Source: Chloroflexota bacterium (GTDB lineage: Bacteria; Chloroflexota; Anaerolineae; Aggregatilineales; Phototrophicaceae). From it: DNA of 64,000 nt. Under the pieces are notes generated by a model. That model saw only the letters and a list, made by a program, of their open reading frames with translations, did not search any database and had not been told where the DNA came from. The position numbers were made by a program, and so were the translations under genes. Position 1 is the first letter of the stretch. Every line of letters begins with the position of its first letter. Below, piece by piece: positions 57,592 to 64,000 of the stretch. The stretch spans positions 452,458-516,457 of the forward strand of contig WTGJ01000027.1 of NCBI GenBank assembly GCA_011523615.1, given 5' to 3'.

Positions 57592-57611
57592 TATGCTCCA
57601 TTATGCTCCAT
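57592..57611. repeat. perfect tandem 10-mer (TATGCTCCAT x2) upstream of the ABC substrate-binding gene
   Basis: Read directly: 57592-57601 and 57602-57611 are identical. The repeat lies 29 nt upstream of ATG 57640. Confidence 0.9.
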
Positions 57612-57639
57612 ACAGGAATGAATTTTGAAAGGTGTACCG

Positions 57640-59184
57640 ATGAATCCTGTAAGAAAGTGGTGGATTTTTGCCTGCTTGATATTCGCTACGTTGATGTTTG
57701 GCTTTTCCGCCCAGGCGGATGGTCACACGACCGTCACCTTTGGCCTGGAATCACCCAAATCGCTGGATCCCGCCACGAACAGCAATGACCCAGAGATATT
57801 ATTCCAACGAACCATTTATGATTTCCTGCTCGAAGCCAGTGTGGATGAAACCGGGGGCACGGTCTTCACCCCCAATTTGGCAACCGATTGGCAAATCAGT
57901 GAAGATGGCCTCACTTACACGTTTGAATTGCGGGAAGGTGTGCTCTTCCACGATGGGTCGACGTTCAGCTCGGCAGATGTCGTCCATACCTTCGAGCGTT
58001 TGGTTGAAATGGGTTCACCAGCGAACGCATTGCTGGGTGATTTTTCCGTGGAAGCGGACGGCGCCCAGCGTGTGGTCTTCACGCTGGCCAATCCGAATGC
58101 TGATTTTCTCTTCGGTGTTTCTTCTCGTTGGTCGCTCATCATACGCGATGGCAATGCCAATCCGGGAGTGGTCGCGGAAGATGGCGATGATCCATACCAG
58201 AATTTCAACGGTACCGGCGCCTTCATCCTCAGCGAGTACATCCCCGAAGTGAGTGCATCCTTCATTGCCAATGAAAACTACTGGCAGGAAGGTTCACCAG
58301 GCATCGAAAACCTGGTATTTCAATTCATCAATGATGCCACCACCAGAGTGAACGCCCTACAGAATGGCGAAATCGATGCGATCTTCAAACTCAGCATTCA
58401 GCAGCTGCGTGAACTGGAAGTCCATGAGAATGTCAAAACCTATGTCGTAGCCACCAATCAACATCCCGTCATCCGCCTCCGTTCGGATGCTGGTTTTGCC
58501 GGAGAGAACCCGCTCGTTCGCCAGGCCTTCAAATTGGCTACCGATCGCGAGCTCCTCAATGATGATCTGATGAGTGGGGTCGGTACCGTTGGGAACAATG
58601 ATCCCATCGGGCCGGTCTATGGATCTTTCTACCATCCTTTGGCTGCTTCCTATGATTACGATCCAGAACGCTCCTGTGCCCTGCTGGCTGAAGCGGGTTA
58701 TGAAGAGGGTTATTCCGGTACGCTCTATGTGGTCGATGCCTTCAATTACTCCGATCTGGGGGTCGCATTGCAAGAGCAATGGGCGCAAGCCTGCATCGAC
58801 GTCGAGATCTTGGTGAGACCACAGAACATCTATTATGGCAATAACGAATGGATGGAAGTTGAGTTGGGCATCACCGGCTGGGGCTCGAATCCTGTGGCAC
58901 AACAGTATCTGGTCCAGGCGTATGTAACCGATGGCGTTTGGAATGAAAGTCGCTGGAGCAACGCAGAAGTCGATGCCCTGATTGCTGAAGCCAGCGTAAC
59001 CAGCGATATTGCGAACCGGGCCACCATTTACAGTCGCATCTCTGAACTGTTCGCAGAAGATGCTCCGATCATCGTCCCCTGGTTTGCGCCCATGATCGGC
59101 GCCACTACGGCGAGAGTCGAAGGATTCAACTTGGCGGCATTCGCTGGATTGACGGATTTGCGGACACTGAGTATTGCCAACTGA
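57640..59184 (+). CDS. ABC transporter substrate-binding protein, family 5 (peptide/nickel type)
   Basis: Signal peptide (WWIFACLIFATLMFGFSAQA). The pattern is typical of SBP_bac_5 (..LDPA...d....l...iyd.L...). I prefer ATG 57640 because AAGGTG lies 5 nt upstream; the track start is the TTG at 57625. Confidence 0.85.
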   Translation: MNPVRKWWIFACLIFATLMFGFSAQADGHTTVTFGLESPKSLDPATNSNDPEILFQRTIYDFLLEASVDETGGTVFTPNLATDWQISEDGLTYTFELREGVLFHDGSTFSSADVVHTFERLVEMGSPANALLGDFSVEADGAQRVVFTLANPNADFLFGVSSRWSLIIRDGNANPGVVAEDGDDPYQNFNGTGAFILSEYIPEVSASFIANENYWQEGSPGIENLVFQFINDATTRVNALQNGEIDAIFKLSIQQLRELEVHENVKTYVVATNQHPVIRLRSDAGFAGENPLVRQAFKLATDRELLNDDLMSGVGTVGNNDPIGPVYGSFYHPLAASYDYDPERSCALLAEAGYEEGYSGTLYVVDAFNYSDLGVALQEQWAQACIDVEILVRPQNIYYGNNEWMEVELGITGWGSNPVAQQYLVQAYVTDGVWNESRWSNAEVDALIAEASVTSDIANRATIYSRISELFAEDAPIIVPWFAPMIGATTARVEGFNLAAFAGLTDLRTLSIAN

Positions 59185-59209
59185 TTTGCATCATTTCAGA
59201 TTCCATCAC

Positions 59210-59239
59210 GTAAGTGGGGCTTAGTTTGGCCCCACTTAC
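59210..59239 (+). promoter_or_regulatory. strong intercistronic stem-loop between the binding-protein and permease genes
   Basis: GTAAGTGGGGC - ttagtttg - GCCCCACTTAC: a perfect 11-bp stem with an 8-nt loop, 26 nt after the SBP stop. It is followed by CCTTTCC, so there is no proper U-run. Confidence 0.7.
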
Positions 59240-59285
59240 CCTTTCCAGCATCCAATCACTGCGCGAGCATCGTGTGCTTCCCTAC

Positions 59286-60233
59286 ATGACGGAGAATCCT
59301 GCCGCATTCGTGGGGACGGTGATCGTGTTTTTGTTTGTTTGTGTTGCTCTCTGCTCGCCCCTCATTGCGCCGTATTCTTACCAGACCATCATCCGAAACG
59401 AAGAACGGCGCGCCGTCAAAGAACAGGCCCCGGGCGAAGCATACGACATCGGTTACACGGTCGTGGGCAGCGAATTATTCCCCCGCAATTCAAGGAGTCG
59501 CTTTGGCTTCATCGCCGGCTTGCGTGGGTCGATCACCTTTGTGTTGGGGACGGATTGGCAGGGGCGAGATGTCTACTCTCGTTTGATATGGGGGGCCAGG
59601 GATGTATTGATCTTGCCTGGCCTGGCGGCGGCCTTCTCCGTGGCGATCGGCGCCAGCATCGGCGCTACCATCGGCTACATGGGCGGCTGGCTGGATGAAA
59701 TCATCTCGCGCTTATTGGAAGCATTGCTCGCCATCCCGGCGCTGGTTCTCGCCTTGGTGCTGATTGCCGCGCAACCAGGTGGTGGTTCCGGCATCAGCGC
59801 GGTGTTGAGCTTGCTCTTCGTGATCGTCGTCATTTATACGCCCATCGTCGCCAGAGTCATCCGCAGCGCTACGCTTGCCGTGAGGGCCAGCGGATACGTG
59901 GAAGAAGCAAAATTGCGCGGCGAATCGAAGGCGCACATCGTATTCAGGGAGATCTTTCCCTCCGTATTGCCCGCCCTGGTCGTGGAAGGAGCGCTGCGTT
60001 TTTCTTACGCCATCTTCCTCAACGCTTCGCTGGGCTTTTTGGGGCTCGGCGTTTCCCCGACATCACCGGAGTGGGGCGCGACCATCAATCAGGCGAGACG
60101 CGCCGGTACGATGAGCCTGACCCCCTGGGCGACCTGGCCACCGGTCATCGCCATCGCCGTATTGATCATCAGCATCAATCTGATGTCTGACGGGCTGCGC
60201 CGTTTTTTCCGTTATGAAGGCCATCACGGATGA
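59286..60233 (+). CDS. ABC transporter permease (DppC/OppC-like)
   Basis: BPD_transp_1 signature region (..EEAKLRGESKAHIVFREIFPSVLPALVV..). I prefer ATG 59286 (MTENPAAF...) because the track start at 59214 would place the 11-bp hairpin inside the coding sequence. No clear SD is visible for either start. Confidence 0.75.
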   Translation: MTENPAAFVGTVIVFLFVCVALCSPLIAPYSYQTIIRNEERRAVKEQAPGEAYDIGYTVVGSELFPRNSRSRFGFIAGLRGSITFVLGTDWQGRDVYSRLIWGARDVLILPGLAAAFSVAIGASIGATIGYMGGWLDEIISRLLEALLAIPALVLALVLIAAQPGGGSGISAVLSLLFVIVVIYTPIVARVIRSATLAVRASGYVEEAKLRGESKAHIVFREIFPSVLPALVVEGALRFSYAIFLNASLGFLGLGVSPTSPEWGATINQARRAGTMSLTPWATWPPVIAIAVLIISINLMSDGLRRFFRYEGHHG

Positions 60234-62353
60234 ACGAAGAGGCTGTCGTACTCAGCGCACGAAACGTATCCATCGATTACCAGATTGGCAAGCGTTGGCT
60301 CAATGTGATCCATGATGTCTCGCTGGACCTTCATGCGAACCGCACGCACGGTCTGGTGGGAGAAAGCGCCAGTGGCAAGTCCACGCTGGCTCTTGCGTTG
60401 ATGTGCTACCTCGCGGAAAACGGTCGCATCACCGCCGGCACCATTCATTACGAAGGGCGCAACTTGCTTGAGTTGGCGGCGAATGAGCTGCGACAACTCT
60501 GGGGCAGCAAAATGTCGCTCGTGCCGCAAAATGCCCTATCCGCCCTCAATCCTTCTTACACCATCGGTGAGCAAATGGGAGAAGTGTCTCGAACGCATTT
60601 GGGGATATCTCGCCGAGAGAGTGGGTTGCGCGCGGCAGAAATGCTGCGAAGCGTCCGCATTGCGGATGTAGAAAATGTCTTGCGGAGCTACCCCTTTCAA
60701 CTGAGCGGTGGGATGTTGCAGCGCATTTCGATCGGGATGGCACTGAGCGTGGCGCCTTCGTTGCTCGTGTTGGACGAGCCAACCACAGCTTTGGATGTAA
60801 CCACACAGGCGGTGATTCTGGATCTCTTCCGCGAGCTCATCGATCGCCACGATGCCACAGCACTTTACGTTTCCCATGACTTGGGAACGGTGGCCCAGTT
60901 CTGTGATGCAGTTACGGTGCTCTACGGTGGTGAAGTGATGGAATCTGCCCCCGTGAAGGAGCTATACGCAAACCCGAAACATCCGTACACGCAGGGCTTG
61001 CTCGCCAGTCTCCCCGCTCGTGCCAATGCGGCACAGGAACAACGGATTCACACGATAGAGGGAGTAGCGCCGAGTCTGGCACATCGATCACCCGCCTGCG
61101 TATTTGCGGAAAGATGCAAGCATGCCATAGACCGTTGCCATGCAGAAAAACCACCGCTGGAACACATCGGCGGCAGGCAAACGATACGCTGTTTCCGTTG
61201 GCAGGAAATCGCTCAAGATGAGGCGACGAGCGCTGCAAATCAAGCAGCTGCCGAACCAGTGGTGAGACCGCAAATTGATCTGCCGCGAAAGAACGAGCTG
61301 CTCACTACCCACGAGCTGGCAAAGAAATTTGGTAAGCGGAATGCCCTGCTGCGTTGGTTGGGCAAAGAGGTTATTCCGTTGCACGCTTTGGATCGTGTTT
61401 CCATCACAGTCAACAAAGGGAATACCTTAGGCATCGTCGGTGAAAGCGGCAGCGGCAAGAGCACCCTGGCTCGAGTATTGGTCGCCTTAGAAACCGCTGA
61501 TTCCGGGTCGATCGAATTGCTGGGCGAAAACTTATCCTATGAGTTATCCCAGCGAGAACCGAGCTTCATGGCGTCCATGCGCCTGATCCCCCAGAATCCA
61601 GATGCGTCGCTCAATCCATACATCACGGTGGGTTCGGCACTGGAACGCACCCTAAAAGTGTTGGCTGAGCGAAGCAAACATTCTGAGAATTGGCAGCAAG
61701 CTGAACTCTCTAGCAAGCATGGGAGATGGAAGCGAGTCCACCAGTTGCTCAAAGCGGTGGGCCTGGAAGAAAGCTACCGCCAGCGATATCCCAATCAATT
61801 AAGCGGCGGTGAGAAGCAAAGAGTCGCAATCGCTCGCGCCTTTGCCAGTGATCCGGCGTTGATCATTGCCGATGAGCCCACTTCCTCGCTGGACGTATCG
61901 GTTCAGGCGGTCGTGTTGAACCTCTTGAAAGATTTGCGAGAAACTCAGGAAGTCGCTTACATCTTCATCTCCCACGATATGGATGTGATCCGCTACGTCG
62001 CCGATTGGATCTGCGTGATGTATCTGGGGCAGATTGTGGAAGAGGGGAGCAATGAACAATTGTATGCTGCCCCTTCGCATCCATACACTGAGGCATTGTT
62101 TTCCGCGATCCCCGAACCCAACCCATTGCTCCAAAAGAAACGTATCCGTTTGGAAGGTGAGCTGCCCAGTGCCAGAAATCTTCCGGGCGGGTGTCCCTTT
62201 CATACCCGATGTCCGCGGAAGATCGGTGAAATCTGTGAAACCGACATCCCACCCATCCGACCAGCGGGAGTTGGGCATTTCATCCGATGTCACATCGAAG
62301 TGGATGAGTTGAGCCGCCTGCAGAGTGCAACCGAAGAAGATCTGCAGCCATGA
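60230..62353 (+). CDS. fused double ATPase of a peptide-type ABC transporter (DppD-DppF fusion, GsiA/YejF-like)
   Basis: 707 aa. Two Walker A motifs (GESASGKST; GESGSGKST), two signatures (LSGGMLQR; LSGGEKQR), two Walker B motifs (LLVLDEPT; LIIADEPT) and two oligopeptide C-terminal motifs (HPYT). Confidence 0.9.
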   Translation: MNEEAVVLSARNVSIDYQIGKRWLNVIHDVSLDLHANRTHGLVGESASGKSTLALALMCYLAENGRITAGTIHYEGRNLLELAANELRQLWGSKMSLVPQNALSALNPSYTIGEQMGEVSRTHLGISRRESGLRAAEMLRSVRIADVENVLRSYPFQLSGGMLQRISIGMALSVAPSLLVLDEPTTALDVTTQAVILDLFRELIDRHDATALYVSHDLGTVAQFCDAVTVLYGGEVMESAPVKELYANPKHPYTQGLLASLPARANAAQEQRIHTIEGVAPSLAHRSPACVFAERCKHAIDRCHAEKPPLEHIGGRQTIRCFRWQEIAQDEATSAANQAAAEPVVRPQIDLPRKNELLTTHELAKKFGKRNALLRWLGKEVIPLHALDRVSITVNKGNTLGIVGESGSGKSTLARVLVALETADSGSIELLGENLSYELSQREPSFMASMRLIPQNPDASLNPYITVGSALERTLKVLAERSKHSENWQQAELSSKHGRWKRVHQLLKAVGLEESYRQRYPNQLSGGEKQRVAIARAFASDPALIIADEPTSSLDVSVQAVVLNLLKDLRETQEVAYIFISHDMDVIRYVADWICVMYLGQIVEEGSNEQLYAAPSHPYTEALFSAIPEPNPLLQKKRIRLEGELPSARNLPGGCPFHTRCPRKIGEICETDIPPIRPAGVGHFIRCHIEVDELSRLQSATEEDLQP

Positions 62354-63336
62354 CGTACTTTTTACTCCGAAGACTCGCTCTGATGATCTTCACCATTTTC
62401 TTCACTTCGTTGATCGTTTTTGGCTTGACTCAACTATTGCCGGGTGACATCGCGCGACTGTTCCTCGGTCGAGATGCCAGTGATGCGGCCATCGCCGAAT
62501 TCAACCAGACGTTTCGGCTGAACGATCATCCGCTCCAACAGTATGTGCGTTGGATCATCGGCGACGTCACGCAAGTGGAAGGAGATCATTCCCGTGGGAT
62601 TTTGCGTGGGGATTGGGGCCGCAGTTTCAGCGCTGGTTACCCGCGGGTACAGCCCCTCATCAGCCGGGCATTGCAATATTCCATGATGCTGACCGGCTTC
62701 ACTTTGTTGATCAGCATCCCCATCTCGATCCTTTTGGGGGTTTTTGCGGGCATCCGCGCCAATTCCTGGTTGGACAATTTGATTGCGATCTTCAGCCTCT
62801 CTGTCGTCGGTTTGCCGGAATTCGTCACAGCATTGGTGTTGATCAATACCTTTGCCCTACGTTTGGGGTGGTTCGATGCCATTTCCACTCCCCATGCCAA
62901 TGACGGTTGGTTCACCATCATCCAAAAACTTACTTTACCGGCTTTGACCGCCACTTTTGTCCTGCTGGGCTATGTGACGCGCATGACGAGAGCAGGAGTT
63001 CAGGAGGAATTGAAGAAGGCTTACATCCGCACGGCAATCCTGAAGGGCCTACCACGCAGGGTCGTTTTGTTCAAGCACGTGCTGCGCAACGCGTTGCTTC
63101 CATCCGTTACCGTGATCGCATTGAGCATTGGCTGGTTGATGGGCGGTTTGGTGGTGATCGAACAGGTCTATAATTACCCGGGATTGGGGAAGCTCATGGT
63201 GGATGCGGTCTTATCCAAGAATTACCCCGTCTTGCAGGCCTGCGTGATGATCGTGATCACGTTCATCGTCCTGTCTAACTTTCTCGCCGATTTGCTCTAT
63301 GCCCTGCTCAACCCAAAGGTGCGCTACCAATCGTAA
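62350..63336 (+). CDS. ABC transporter permease (DppB/OppB-like)
   Basis: 328 aa. N-terminal MTYFLLRRLALMIFTIF..., EAA-like region (YIRTAILKGLPRRVVLFKHVLRNALLP), and C-terminal LADLLYALLNPKVR. Confidence 0.88.
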   Translation: MTYFLLRRLALMIFTIFFTSLIVFGLTQLLPGDIARLFLGRDASDAAIAEFNQTFRLNDHPLQQYVRWIIGDVTQVEGDHSRGILRGDWGRSFSAGYPRVQPLISRALQYSMMLTGFTLLISIPISILLGVFAGIRANSWLDNLIAIFSLSVVGLPEFVTALVLINTFALRLGWFDAISTPHANDGWFTIIQKLTLPALTATFVLLGYVTRMTRAGVQEELKKAYIRTAILKGLPRRVVLFKHVLRNALLPSVTVIALSIGWLMGGLVVIEQVYNYPGLGKLMVDAVLSKNYPVLQACVMIVITFIVLSNFLADLLYALLNPKVRYQS

Positions 63337-63337
63337 A

Positions 63338-64000
63338 TTACCAGCTCCTCCACCAGATTCCCGTACATTCCGGCACGATGACCTGTTGGTTCGCCGTCAC
63401 TCGTTTCGCCAACTCTTCGCCAAAGAAGAAACCGATGAGTTCACTTGCTTCGCATGAATCGCTGAATTGATAGTCGGTGCGAATCCAGCGATGTTGAAAG
63501 CCTTTCTCGCTTTCCAACCAGTGATAATAATCGGCCAAATGTCGATTGGGTGGTGTGGGAAATCGCTCGCCAGTGCCCAGAGTCTCAATGATGATGCATG
63601 TCCCTCCTGGCTGCAGGATGCGCTGCACTTCGGCGATTGCGGTTCGTAAGGACTGGAGCCAGTTCAATGGATCTTCATCCACGAATGAACCAAAAGTCCA
63701 ACCAGCGATGGCCAGTTCAACGCTCGCGCTGGGTAAAGGCATCTCCCGGTGGTCGGCGGTAACGAGCGACCAGTTCTCGGCACCCGTTTCGGCCAATCGT
63801 TCTCTTGCGACCTGCAACATGGGTGAGGAGTGATCTGCGGCAATCACCTGTTTCGCTTGCAAATTCAGCAATCGAGTGATTCGCCCGGTGCCCGCACCAA
63901 ATTCGGCGATGGTTTTGTTCCTCAACGGCGTTATTTCTTGCAGTGTGGGTAGGAGCTGCCCACGAAAATCTTCATGCGAGACCAACGAATCGTATGTTTC
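63338..64000 (-). CDS. class I SAM-dependent methyltransferase; the 5' end probably lies beyond the window end
   Basis: Motif I IAEFGAGTGRITRLL. The track start at 63985 is a TTG, but the frame stays open to position 64000 (..ETYDSLVSHED..), and a ..YD.. segment upstream of motif I is typical of these enzymes. Confidence 0.75.
   Translation of the reverse strand, partial: ETYDSLVSHEDFRGQLLPTLQEITPLRNKTIAEFGAGTGRITRLLNLQAKQVIAADHSSPMLQVARERLAETGAENWSLVTADHREMPLPSASVELAIAGWTFGSFVDEDPLNWLQSLRTAIAEVQRILQPGGTCIIIETLGTGERFPTPPNRHLADYYHWLESEKGFQHRWIRTDYQFSDSCEASELIGFFFGEELAKRVTANQQVIVPECTGIWWRSW

Noticed and set aside
1-64000. CRISPR arrays, transposases, integrases, toxin-antitoxin pairs or known defence-system genes
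   Set aside because: Every stretch longer than about 130 nt is accounted for by a confident or plausible CDS. I saw no regularly spaced repeats and no nuclease, helicase, reverse-transcriptase or recombinase signatures other than recJ, mutS and gyrA.

Overview
This is a very compact chromosomal window. By my coordinates about 97% is coding, and the largest intergenic gap is about 130 nt. I found no transposase, integrase, CRISPR array or prophage signature. I call about 46 CDS and 2 tRNAs.

Housekeeping content:
- argS-dcd-tRNA-Val, mutS, recJ, fmt, mdh, era
- the conserved nusA-ylxR-infB-rbfA-nrnA-truB-ribF block on the minus strand
- tRNA-Gly-rplY(ctc), gyrA, birA
- a HIT protein and a family-5 peptide/nickel-type ABC importer

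The gene content suggests a Chloroflexota (Anaerolineae-like) genome. This is inference only, based on the Chlor_Arch_YYY/DUF2298 family, Thermus-type MDH and a short IF-2.

The most unusual content is a 13.6-kb, four-gene minus-strand operon at 31711-45287. It encodes only giant polytopic membrane proteins of 1786, 815, 636 and 1280 aa.
- They combine YYYFG-motif (TIGR03662/DUF2298-like) domains with GT-C/PMT-like TIGR03663-type domains.
- One paralogue looks catalytically degenerate.
- One carries a C-terminal six-bladed NHL propeller.
- Both families are, to my knowledge, of unknown function.
- Two further GT-C-like membrane proteins lie at 51374-55139.

Secondary items:
- an OmpR-type regulator and a soluble GAF-PAS kinase bracket a block of secreted and envelope proteins (DM13, jelly-roll protein, GH5-like, CpXC)
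- an intrinsic terminator abuts the nusA Shine-Dalgarno
- NusA has an unusually long C-terminal extension
- the ArgRS HIGH signature reads TIGR
- tandem 10-mers lie upstream of the ABC binding-protein gene, and a strong intercistronic hairpin lies downstream of it

All functional calls rest on motif recognition by eye. No database search was run.
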